Shown here piece after piece: positions 53,001 through 64,000 of a stretch of DNA of 64,000 bases. A program made the position numbers and the translations under genes. Each line of letters begins with the position of its first letter. Positions within the stretch are counted from its first letter, which is position 1. Origin of the DNA: Salmo salar (Eukaryota); assembly GCF_905237065.1 (NCBI RefSeq), contig NC_059464.1:3175803-3239802 (forward strand), given 5' to 3'. The notes beneath the pieces are model-generated. The model had not been told where the DNA came from. It did no database searches and worked only from the letters and a program-made list of their open reading frames with translations.

Positions 53001-53412
53001 TGAGCTTTTCACATGCATTGATCACTAGAATAGGCTGTACACTCTTTTCGACGATCAGCAGCTGTGCTTTGAACTGTTTTCCTTTGTGCTGTAAAGTTAC
53101 TATGCAGCTTCCTTTGACTGGTACTTTCTCCAGAGTATAACCACTAACCTTCATTTTCACTGGGTGATTTGCTCTTCACTTTCAGTGTTTTGTAGTCATC
53201 CGCAACAGGTTTACCTGTGCTCCAGTATCAAGCTTGAATGGTATTATAGTTTCATTCACAGTCAATGGCACAATCATTCAATTTTTTGGTGCATTGCATA
53301 TTTCCACAGAATCAACAAAGAATTATTCAATCTCCTCGACTGTGTGAACCTTTTTCTTTGTAGCCTCAGCTTTGCAGCATTTTGAGAAACGTAGTCTAAA
53401 TGTTATTAACAC
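50043..53412 (-). mobile_element. Ty3/Gypsy-type LTR-retrotransposon pol remnant (PR-RT(partial)-RNaseH-IN), frameshifted, no LTRs seen
   Basis: Minus-strand ORFs: 52546..53160 PR/RT start, 52200..52463 RT C-terminus, 51852..52124 RNase H (ASRALTGAETRYAQIEKELLA), 51325..51603 integrase zinc finger (HEDHLGEEKC), 51082..51312 integrase core. A 22-bp direct repeat acgtagtctaaatgttattaac lies at 50043 and 53391. Confidence 0.75.
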
Positions 53413-54094
53413 ACTGACAGGACGGATATGTAGAGGCCCCCATCCGATTTGGGATTAAATTATAGACTTTAAATAGTGTTTTAGCATTTGTTTGCCTGGC
53501 GTGGCACAGGAGCGAGATGTTTACTTTTCCAATTTTTGGTTCCATTTTTCCAGTCAAGCTCAAATAAAGTATTTGAAATTAATTCAAATAATATTTAACC
53601 AACCCTGGTCTGGCACACAATACAACCATTACATAGTTTAGATGATGATACAGGTGGCTGGTACTAGCTCCCTCACTACAGTACTAGTTAATCTCTAGCT
53701 ACTTGTATTGTGAACATAATACCCAATTCATGATGGCAAAACTGGCTAAAATCAAACAAACACAATTATACTATTGACTAGGCTGTTTACACGCTGCTAA
53801 TTTGCTATCGTACTCTAGTACATTTTAGCCAGTTTTCATTGGATTTGAACCATCCATGTCAACCGAAACTCACTGACAAATTCAGAACGAAAAGGAAGCT
53901 GTTTTCCTCGGCCATTGCAGTGGTCTTCAAGGGTTTTCGATAGAGTTTAACATATTTTCGACAAATGGCAATATTTGTCTTATTCTACTCTTCTAGTTTT
54001 AGCTACCCTTCTGACTGATTTCTTTTCTGATAATACTGTGCGACGTCAGACTTCTGATGAGACGCACAACTAGGAACCTCCCCTTCAATTGTCA

Positions 54095-54215
54095 TTCGTG
54101 TCGTCCCAAATGGCACCCTATTCCCCTGTGTAGTGAACTACATTTGACCAGAGCCCTATAGACCTTGGTCAAAAGTAGTGCACTAAACAGGGAATAAGGT
54201 GCCATTTGGGGTTTA
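54095..54215. repeat. Salmonid palindromic hairpin repeat (cccaaatggcaccctattccc...gggaatagggtgccatttggg); other copies at 9040-9140, 24040-24125, 34890-34985
   Basis: The two arms are near-perfect reverse complements. Confidence 0.8.
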
Positions 54216-54949
54216 TTTTCGGTCTCCATCATCAAGGACAGGGGAAAAGAAATCAAGCAATATCTGGCTTATGAGGGCACATCGTATGCATGCATGAGTG
54301 TCCTACTTGCTGTTACTGTATGAATGATCCATGTACATACGGTAAATGACTGCAAACTCACTTTGCACTGCAAATAACACCTGGCAATGACCATGTTCTC
54401 AGTCAAAATAAGTAAGAAAATTACCACTCTTGGCTATTTAATAATTATTGTAAATCTCTACAATGTGTGGCCATATCCCCTTGGCCTAGAATACGACCTG
54501 GTCTGTCAGTGGCCTGTACACCTGTGCCTGAAATCAATTACTGTACTAGTTATAAAACCTGAAAAGGATCTGGATGACCTCTGCTAAACACTATGCTGAC
54601 TCGGGGATGTGTGAAGGACCACAGGGATGTCCGGCAAGAACAAAGCCAAAGGATGTCAAGGCAAAGGGGTTTTATTGTCACCAAAACACACTCCCAGTGG
54701 TGTAGTGGAGGTACTGTAGTGGAGGTATATGCCATATCAATTAATAGGGCTGGAACAGATCGGAATGTTTATTTTCAAGTGTATATAAATGATCATTTCT
54801 TCACAATTTAGGCGCAGCAATGTACACATGGCTGTAGGCTTACAGCCTGACTACACCGCTTTGCTAAATAAATGTAGAAATCTATATTATTAAATTATTG
54901 CCCGCGGGCCAACGAGCGTCTGCGTTGCCAAGGGCTAAAATAGAAGTCA

Positions 54950-55250
54950 GTTCTATTTGTGACGCAGATCGCGCTGCAAGTCCTGCCTCTCCCATCTGCT
55001 CATTGGTTTATAGAAGCAGGTGCCCACGTGCCATCTCCTCATTGGTTATACCCACGTGGGTGACTGAAAGACGAACGAGGTCAGTGGTGGTAAAACACCT
55101 AATTTATGAAATTTGCCGATCGCAATATAAAGTCAAGAGAAGAAAAAGCCTAGGAGGAGGAGAGATGACTAGAAACGATTCGGTTTTATGTGTGGATTAA
55201 TTGTCGGAGTGGAGGACCTTGTGCATTTCAGGTAAAATAACAACTCAATG
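54950..55250. promoter_or_regulatory. Candidate promoter: two CCAAT/ATTGG boxes each paired with a CACGTG E-box, followed by a short GC-richer segment ending in a GT donor (first non-coding exon?)
   Basis: ctcattggtttatagaagcaggtgcccacgtgcc and ctcattggttatacccacgtgggtgac are separated by about 45 bp. Downstream ...gtgcatttcag|gtaaaataac. Confidence 0.3.
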
Positions 55251-56099
55251 TTTACATCCCAGGACAAATTAGCTAGCAACAGTAAGCCAGCTAAATAGGA
55301 TGAATTAGCTAGCAAGTGCAAGCTAGCTAGCTAAATTGCCATAAATGTTTAATACTTTCCGACCTGTCCCCAAATTAATGTAATTGGTTCAGAGTTTGTT
55401 TTGATATTTTAACCTGCGTGTCGTGATCGCGTTTGGTGTGGGGGAGACAAAATAAATGTATGCACGATGGCGCACGCACGCAGCCAGTTAGGGTTCCGTG
55501 TTACCCGTGAATGTTCCAAAATGCAATTTGCCGGAAAACATAGTTCTAAAATGCGCAACGCACAGGCAAGTGGTTTCATGGACAGATAAGGAAATATTTG
55601 TTAGAAATAGGGAGGATTGAAAGATGCAACAAATTCTTCGGTTGTTAATATGATTAGGATAATGTCTTTGGCTGCTAAAACAATTAAATAAAGTTGAAAG
55701 ACAAATTGAGCAGGAGAAGGCATATGAATAAGTCTTTATAAAAATAATTGCCTCCACGTTTCTAAAGTGGGATTTTGGTTATAGGCTACTTTAAAGCAAG
55801 GTAAGATATGCCTCATAATATGAAGTAAAACGTCCAGGTTTCAAACAATTAAGGGACAGAAAAAATATAGCGAGGATAATGATAAGTCTTCTGGTAGATG
55901 AAAATAAAAAAACGTTCTCTATTAAATGTTAACTAGCTACAAAGTACTGATTATCATGATTATTGGTGTCAATCCAGTGGCCATTTATTTTGTAAACTCC
56001 ATCTCATGTGCTACAGAAACATCTCTAGTCAAGCAATAGTACTTGCACAAAATGTATTAGATTTTTCCCAGACCTCAAAAGTGGTCTCCTGATGTGGTT

Positions 56100-59000
56100 T
56101 AAGCATAGTTATGGACTTAGAACAACTTATTTTATTTCACCTTTATTTAACCAGGTAGGCCAGTTGAGAACAAGTTCTCATTTACAACTGCGACCTGGCC
56201 AAGATAAAGCAAAGCAGTGCGACAAAATCTATGTACAGTGTGTGCAAATGTAGAAGAGTCAGAAGGTAAGGCAATAAATTGGCCATAGAGGCGAATTAAT
56301 TACAATTTAGCATTAACACTGGAGTGATAGATGTGCAGATGATAATGTGCAAGTAGAGATACTGGGATGCAAAAGATCAAGAAGATAAATAACAATATGG
56401 GGATGAGGTAGTTGGGTGTGCTATTTACAGATGGGCTGTGTACACGTGCAGTGATCGGTAAGCTGCTCTTACAGCTAATGCTTAAAGTTAGGGAGGGAGA
56501 TAAGTCTCCAGCTTCAGTGATTTTTTCCAATTCGTTCCAGTCATTGGCAGCAGAGAACTGGAAGGAAAGGCAGCCAAAGGAAGTGTTGGCTTTGGGGATG
56601 ACCAGTGAAATATACCTGCTGGTGGGTGTTGCTATGGTGACCAGTGAGCTGAGATAAGGCGGGGCTTTACCTAGCAAAGACTTATAGATTACCTGCTCTG
56701 TGGGTTTGGCGCCGAATACGAAGCGAAGGCCAGCCAAAGAGAGCATACAGATTGCAGTGGTGGGTAGTATATGGGGCTTGGTGACAAAACAGATGGCTCT
56801 GTGATAGCCCCCAAACTGGATGTAGTCTATTTTGTAAATGACATCGCCGAAGTCAAGGATCGGTAGGATAGTCAGTTTTATGAGGGTATGTTTGGCAGCA
56901 TGAGTGAAGGAGGCTTTGTTGCAAAATAGGAAGCCGATTCTAGATATAATTTTGGATTGGAGATGCTTAATGTGAGTCTGGGAGTTTACAGTCTAACCAG
57001 ACACCTAGGTATTTGTAGTTGTCCACATATTCTAAGTCAGAACCGTCCAGAGTAGTGATGCTAGTCGGGCGGGCAGCAATTGGTTGAAGAGCATGCATTT
57101 AGTTTTACTAGCATTTAAAAGCAGTTGGAGGCCACGGAAGGAGTGTGGTATGGCGTTGAAGCTCGTTTGGAGGTTTGTTAGCACTGTGTCCAAAGAAGGG
57201 CCAGATGTATACATAATGGTGTCATCTGCGTAGAGGTGGATCAGAGAATCACCAGCAGCAAGAGTGACATCATTGATATTTCAGAGAAAAGAGTCGGCCT
57301 GAGAATTGAACCCTGTGGCACCCCCATAGAGACTGCCAGAGGTCCTGACAACAGGCCCTCCGATTTGACATAAGGAACTCTATCTGAGAAGTCATTTGAG
57401 AAACCAAGGCTATTGAGTCTGCAGATAAGAATGCGGTGATTGACCAAGTTGAAAGCCTTTGCCAGGTCGATGAAAACAGCTGCACAGTACTGTCTTTTAT
57501 TGATGGCGGTTATGATATCGTTTAGGACCTTGAGCGTGGCTGAGGTGCACCCATGACCAGCTCGGAAACTAGCTTGCACAGTGGAGAAGGTACGGTGAGA
57601 TTCGAAATGGTCGGTGATCTGTTAACTTGGCATTCAAATATTTTAGAAAGGCAGGGCAGGATGGATATAGGTCTATAACAGTTTGGGTCTAGAGTGTCTC
57701 CCCCTTTGAAGAGGGGGATGACAGTGGCAGCTTTCCAATCTTTGGGGATCTCAGACGATACGAAAAGAGAGGTTGAACAGGCTAGTAATAGGGGTTGCAA
57801 CAATTTCGGCAGATCATTTTAGAAAGAGAGGGTTCAGATTGTCTAGCCCAGCTGATTTGTAGGGATCCAGATTTTGCAGCTCTTGGAAAGTTGAGAGAGA
57901 GTTGTTGGCCGGGGAAGGGGTAGCCAGGTGGAAGCATGGCCAGCCATAGATAAATGCTTATTGAAATTCTCGATTATCGTTGATTTATCGGTGGTGACTG
58001 TGTTTCCTAGCGTCAGTGCAGTGGGCAGCTGGGAGTAGGTGCTCTTATTTTCCATGGACTTTACAGTGTCCCAAAACTTTTGGGAATTAGTGCTACAGGA
58101 TGTAAATTTCTGTTTGAAAAAGCTAGCCTTAGCTTTCCTAACTGACTTTGTATATTGGTTCCTGACTTCCCTGAAAAGTTGCATATCGTGGGGGCTATTC
58201 GATGCTAATGCAGAACGCCACAGGATGTTTTGTGCTGGTCAAGGGCAGTCAAGTCTGGGGTGAACCAAGGGCTAGATCTGTTCTTAGTTCTACATTTTTT
58301 GAATGGGGCATGCTTATTTAAGACGGTGAGGAAAGCCCTTTTAAAGAGCAACCAGGCATCCTCTACTGACGGGATGAGGTCAATATCCTTCCAGGATACC
58401 CGGGCCAAGTCGATTAGAAATGCCTGCTCGCTGAAGTGTTTTAGGGAGCATTTGACAGTGATGAGGGGTGGTCTTTTGACCGCAGACCCATTACGGACGC
58501 AGGCAATGAGGCAGTGATCGCTGAGATCCTGGTTGAAGACAGCAGAGGTGTATTTAGAGGGCAAGTTGGTCAGGATGATATCTAAGAGGGTGCCCATGGT
58601 TATGGATTTAGGGTTGTACCTGGTAGGTTCCTTGATAATTTGTGTGAGATTGAGGGCATCTAGCTTAGATTGTAGGACGGCCAGGGTGTTAAGCATGTCC
58701 CAGTTTAGGTCACCTAACAGTACGAACTCTGAAGACAGAAGGGGGCAATCAATTCACATATGGTGTCCAGGGCACAGCTGGGGGCCAAGGGGGGTCTATA
58801 ACCAGCGGCAACGGTGAGAGACTTGTTTCTGGAAAGGTGGATTTTAAACAGTAGAAGCTCGAATTGTTTGGGCACAGACCTGGATGGTATGACAGAACTC
58901 TGCAGGCTATCTCTGCAGTAGATTGCAATTCCGCCCTCTTTGGCAGTTCTATCTTGTCGGAAAATGTTGTAGTTGGGGGTGGAAATTTCAGGATTTTTGG

Positions 59001-59620
59001 TGGCCTTCCTAAGCCAGGATTCAGACAAGGCTAGGACATCTGGGTTGGTGGAGTGTGCTAAAGCAGTGAATAAAAAAACAAACTTAGGGAGGAGGATTCT
59101 AATGTTAACATGCATGAAACCAAGGTTTTTACGGTTACAGAAGTCAACAAATGAGAGCGCCTGAGGAATGGGAGTGGTGCTGGGGGCTGCAGGGCCTGGG
59201 TTAGTCTCTACATCACCAGAGGAGCAGAGGAGGACTAGGCTAAGGGTACGGCTAAAGGCTATAAGAACTGGTCGTCGAGTGCATTCAGAACAGAGAGAAA
59301 AGGAGCAGGTTTCTGGGCGCGTCACATCGGAAGAGCCTGTTGAAACCACCTCGGACGATTACGTCGGCAGACCAGTCGTGATGGATCGGTGGGTCTCCGT
59401 GTCGGCAGTAAAGGGTCCAGGCCAATTGGCAAAAGAGGTATTGTAGCCGAATAATTGGCTGGTGGACCTCTTCGGCTAGCCGGGAGATGGGCCTAGCTCG
59501 AGGCTAGCTCAAGGCTAACTGGTGCTCGCTTCGGGAGACATTAGCCAGGAGTAGCCACTCGGATTGCAGCTAGCTAGCTAGCTGCGATGATCCTGTGTAA
59601 AGGTTTAGAGCTTGCGGTAG
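56100..59620 (-). mobile_element. CR1/L2-like LINE, about 3.5 kb, ORF2 largely intact but frameshifted; 5' region GCTAGC-rich
   Basis: Minus-strand ORFs: 58714..59349 (2A-like peptide plus endonuclease N-terminus), 58205..58696 (endonuclease), 57522..57803 and 57241..57579 (RT: FIDLAKAFN, GVPQGSIL), 56300..56746 (RT C-terminus). The 3' tail at 56100-56300 equals a known salmonid repeat (cctttatttaaccaggtaggc...). Confidence 0.85.
58714..59349 (-). pseudogene. LINE ORF2 N-terminal segment: 2A-like peptide (GDVETNPGP) followed by the apurinic-endonuclease-like domain
   Basis: ORF 58714..59349 (-) reads ...LLCSSGDVETNPGPAAP...LALSESWL...NYNIFRQDR...GGIAIYCRD. The motif nucleotides are at about 59191-59217. 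Confidence 0.7.
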
Positions 59621-59895
59621 GAATCCGGAGATGTGGAAGAGAAAAAGCAGTCCGATATGTTCTGGGTTGATATCACGCTGTGCAGACTGGCAGGTATTGA
59701 CTGAGCTGAGGCTTGCTGGTGTCTGAGTTAACGGTGAAGACCACTAGCAGTGGCTAACTGACTACTAGCTCGTAGCTAGTTAGCCGGCTGGCTTCTGATG
59801 GGGGTTCCGGTTCTAAAGTATAAAAATAGCAGATCCGTACCACATTGGGTGAGGCGGGTTGCAGGAGAGTATATTCAGTCTGTAGATTGAAAGTG

Positions 59896-59896
<1 letters not shown>

Positions 59897-59936
<40 letters not shown>

Positions 59937-59961
59937 TACATACATATACACACACATATAC
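59897..59961. repeat. Compound (TA)n(CA)n microsatellite
   Basis: tatatatatatatatacacacacacacacacacacatacatacatatacacacacatatac. Confidence 0.9.
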
Positions 59962-60022
59962 AAAGAAACAATATTTACACGGGACAAGACAAAACACACG
60001 TCCGACTGCTACGCCATCTTGG

Positions 60023-62798
60023 AAAAAAACGGTGTATTGGGAAAGTATTCAGCCCACTCGACTTTTTCCACAATTTGTTACATTACAGCTTTATTCTAAA
60101 ATGGATTAAATTGTTTTCCCCCCACTATTAATTTACACAAAATACCCCATACAGACAAAGCAAAAACAGGTTTCGTTTTTTTTTTTTTTCACAAAATAAT
60201 GTAAAAGAAATTGAAATCTCACATTTACATAAGTATTCAGACCCTTTACTCAGCACTTTGTTTTAGCACCTTTGGCAGAGATTACAGCCTCGAGTCTTGT
60301 TGGGCATGACACTATAAGCTGTATTAGGGGAGTTTCACCCATTCTTCTCTGCAGATCCTCTCAAGCTCTGTCAGGTTGGATGGGGAGCGTCGCTGCACAG
60401 CTATTTTCAGGTATCTCCAGAGATGTTCAATTGGGTTCAAGTCTGGGCTCTGGCTGGGCCACTCAAGGACATTCAGAGACTTGTCCCGAAGCCACCCATG
60501 TGTTGTCTTGGCTGTGTGCTTAGGGTCGTTGTCCTGTTGGAAGGTGAACCTTCGCCCCCAGTCTGAGGTCCTGAGCACTCTGGAGCAGGTTTTCATCACG
60601 TACCTCTCTGTACTTTGCTACATTCATTTTTCCCTAGATCCTGACTAGTCTCCCAGTCCCTGTCTCCACAGCATGATGCTGCCACCAACATTCTTCAGTA
60701 GGGATGGTGCCAGGTTTCCTCCAGATGTGACACTTGGCATTCAGGCCAAATAGTTCAATCTTGTTTGTTATGGTCAGTCTTTTTGGTGCCTTTTGGCAAA
60801 CTCCAAGAAGGCTGTCATGTGCCTTTTACTGAGGAGTGGCTTCCGTCTGGTCAATCTACCATAAAGGCCTGATTGGTGGAGTGCTACAGAGATGGTTGTC
60901 CTTCTGGAAGGTTCTTCCATCTCCACAGAGGAAATCTGGAGCTCTGTCAGAATGACCATCGGGTTCTTGGTCAACTCCCTGACCAAGGGCCTTCTCCATT
61001 GATTTCTCCATTTAAGAATGATGGAGGCCAGTGTGTTCTTGGGGACCTTCAATGCTGCAGAAATGTTTTGGAACCCTTCCCCAGATCTGTGCCTCGACAC
61101 AATCCTGTCTTGAAGCTCTACGGACAATTCCTTCAACCTCATGGCTTGATTTTTTGCTCTGACATGCACTGTCAATTGTGGGACCTTACATATTTGTGCC
61201 TTTCCAAATCATGTCCAATCAATTGACCACAGGTGGACTCCAATCAATTTGTAGAAACATCTCAAGGACGATCAATGGAAACAGGATGCACCTGAGCTCA
61301 GTTTCAGTCTCATAGCAAAGAGTATGAATAAGGTATTTCTGTTTTTGTTTCTTTATAAATGTGCAAACATTTATTAACCAAAATTGTGTTAAAATCCATT
61401 TTATATTTGAGATTCTTCAAAGTAGCCACCCTTTGCCTTGACAGCGCTGCACACTGTTGGCATTCTCTCAACCAGCTTCATGAGGTAGTCACCTGGAATG
61501 CATTTCAATTAACAGGTGTGCCTTGTTAAAAGTTAATGTGAAATTTCTTTCCTTCTTAATGCGTTTGAGACAATCAGTTGTGTTGTGACAAGGTAGAGGG
61601 GTGTACAGAGATGGTATTTTACCAAATAGGGCTAAGTCCATATTATGGCAAGAACAGCTCAAATAAGCAAAAAGAAATGACAGTCCATTACTTTAAGACA
61701 TGGTCAGTCAATCCAGAACATTTCAAGAACTTTGAATGTTTCTTCAAGTGCAGTCGCAAAAACCATCAAGTGCTATTATGAATCTGGCTCTCATGAGGAC
61801 AGCCACAGGATTGAAAGATCCAGAGTTGCCTCTGCTGCAGAGGATAAGTTCACACATCTCAACATCAACTGTTCAGAGGAGACTGCGTGAATCAGGCCTT
61901 CATGGTCAAATTGCTGCAAAGAAACAACTACTAAAGGACACCAATAAGAAGGAGACTTTCTTGGGCCAAGAAACATGAGCAATGGACATTAGACCAGTGG
62001 AAATCTGCCCTTTAGTCTGATGAGTCCAAATTTGAGATTTTTGCTTCCAACCGCTGTATCTTTGTGAGACGCAGAGTAGGTAAACGGATTATCTCCGCAT
62101 ATGTAGTTCCCACCATGAAGCATGGATGAGGTGTGATGGTGCTTTGCTGGTGACACTGTCAATTATTTATTTAGAATTCAAGGCACACTTAACCTGCATG
62201 GCTACCACAGCATTCTTCAGCGTACACCATCCCATCTGGTTTGCGCTTAGTGGGACTCATTTGTTTTTCAACAGGACAATGACCCAACACACCTCCAGGC
62301 TATGTAAGGGCTATTTGACCAAGGAGGAGAGTGCTGCATCAAATGACCTGGCTTCCACAATCACCCAACTTCAACTGAATTGAGATGCTCTGGGATGAGT
62401 TGGATCGCAGAGTGAAGGAAAAGCAGCCAACGAGTGCCCAGCACATGTGGGAACTCCTTCAAGACTGTTGGAAAGGCATTCCAGGTGAAGCTGGTTGAGA
62501 GAATGCCAAGTGTGCAAAGCTGTCATCAAGGCAGCATAAATATAAAATATATTTCGATTTGTTTAACACTTTTTTGGTTACTACTACTTTTACCTGGTAC
62601 TGCATAATTTTTTACTAAAAATGTGGGGTTCAAAACACACCCCATGCCCCACCTGCCCTGAATGACGGGTCGCTACTGGGTATTGTGGGTAGATTGATGA
62701 GGGACATTTTTATTTAATCCATTTTAGAATAAGGATGTGACAGTGACATAACAAAATGTGGAAAAAGTCAAGAGGTCTAAATACTTTCCGAATGCACT
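60023..62798 (-). mobile_element. Tc1-like transposon (agtgcattcggaaagtattcag family), carrying a nested insertion of a second Tc1-like element
   Basis: Left IR at 60023-60140, right IR at 62690-62798 (...ctttccgaatgcactgtag). Minus-strand transposase fragments are ORFs 60324..60599 and 60774..61175. Confidence 0.8.
61400..62575 (+). mobile_element. Truncated Tc1-like element (family of 18824/28773) nested inside the 60023-62798 element
   Basis: Plus-strand transposase from about 61640, frameshifted. ORF 61736..61978 (+). Both of its own termini are missing. Confidence 0.75.
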
Positions 62799-63399
62799 GT
62801 AGAATAGTTTTTATTTTTATTATTATAATTTTTTTCCTGGTAAAAAAATGTCTCCAGGCACCACTAAACACTCCGGTTCACTTTGGTTACTTTAAAACAG
62901 GGTGTGCGGTTTCTAGGAGGTAAGAGAAATGGAAGTAGAATTAACCATGCAAAGTTATACACAGAAGGCTTACAAGGAAATTAAGCCAATACATAATTGC
63001 ACACTACTGCGTCATAAGTTAAGCTAAATACAGTAAAAATGTTCTCAATTGCACACTATGAAGATAAACATGCCATAAAGCTAAACATGGATAATATTGC
63101 AGTGCCTGAATCACATTTCAATACACATGGATGGCTGAATAGTAAGCAGGCCCAGGTAGAACCTGAAGCTAGCGTTAGCCATGTCGGGTGTGCTAGAAGG
63201 TCAGGATAAAGCACTGGGTCTGGATATGACTACCATGTGGGAAAGGCACTGTCACCGTTGCATACAATTATACCAGTAAAATATGAACTATCTGCACAAT
63301 AAGGACTAATGTGAGACAATGGCATCAGACTTAACAGCCCATGTGTAGCCATAGCATTATCATTAGCGGTGGGCTACAAACATTTAGCAGGCCATGCTA

Positions 63400-64000
63400 A
63401 CAAATATACTGAACAAAATTATAAATGCATCAATTTCAAAGATTTTACTGAGTTACAGTTCATATAAGGAAATCAGTCAATTTAAATACATTTATTAGGC
63501 CCGAATCTATGGATTTCACAAGTGGGGAAGGGGTGCAGCCATGGATGGGCATAATCCCACCCACTTGGCAGCCAGGTCCATCACTGGGGACTCAGGCCCA
63601 GCCAATCAGAATGAGTTTTTCCCCATAAAAGTGCTTTATTATAGACACAAATATTCCTCAGCGCTCACCCTCAGATGATCCCACAGGTGAACAAGCCGGA
63701 TGTGGAGGTCCTGGGCTGGCATGGTTGAGGCCGGTTGGACGTACTTCCAAATTCCGTAAAACGACGTTGGAGGCAGTTTATGGTAGAGAAATTAACATTC
63801 AATTCTTTGGCAACAGCTCTGGTGGACATTCCTGCAGTCAGCATGCCAATTGCACGCTCCCTCAACTTGAGACATCTGTGGCATTGTGTTGTGGCAAAAC
63901 TGCACATTTTAAAGTGGCCTTTTATTGTCCACAGCACAAGGTGCACCTGTGTAGTGATCAATGTTTAATCAGCTTCTTGACATGTCACACCTGTCAGGTG
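63400..64000 (-). mobile_element. Tc1-like element, 3' part plus transposase N-terminus; the element runs off the window end
   Basis: ORF 63671..63961 (-) reads [39 protein letters not shown] (HTH). Terminus motif cacctgacaggtgtgacatgtcaagaagctg at 63969-64000. Confidence 0.75.

Overview
This window is teleost nuclear DNA, almost certainly salmonid, and not prokaryotic. A HpaI-type tRNA-derived SINE, many Tc1-like transposons and characteristic salmonid hairpin repeats support this. Bases 1-36,000 are gene-dense and carry three conserved protein-coding genes, all on the minus strand. (1) The 3' part of a TLCD3B/FAM57B-like TLC-domain gene: 5 exons between 1 and 5133, start codon at 5128, last exon running off the window start. 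(2) A complete nemo-like kinase (NLK) CDS in 10 exons, 11528-24802. (3) MAZ (Myc-associated zinc finger): 6 exons between 27210 and 35143 with the stop at 27210; the N-terminal exon(s) were not found. Splice junctions were placed by hand from GT/AG sites and reading-frame continuity. The introns contain Tc1-like transposons, two SINEs, a 301-bp tandem repeat, hairpin repeats and duplicated intronic blocks. Bases 36,800-64,000 are a transposon graveyard. They hold at least 8 Tc1-like copies (one nested in another) and two CR1/L2-like LINEs with RT/endonuclease ORFs, one of which carries a 2A-like DVETNPGP peptide. They also hold a Ty3/Gypsy pol remnant, an LTR-like direct-repeat element and an unclassified repeat family. 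No rRNA, genuine tRNA or CRISPR features were seen, and no bacterial-style system exists here.
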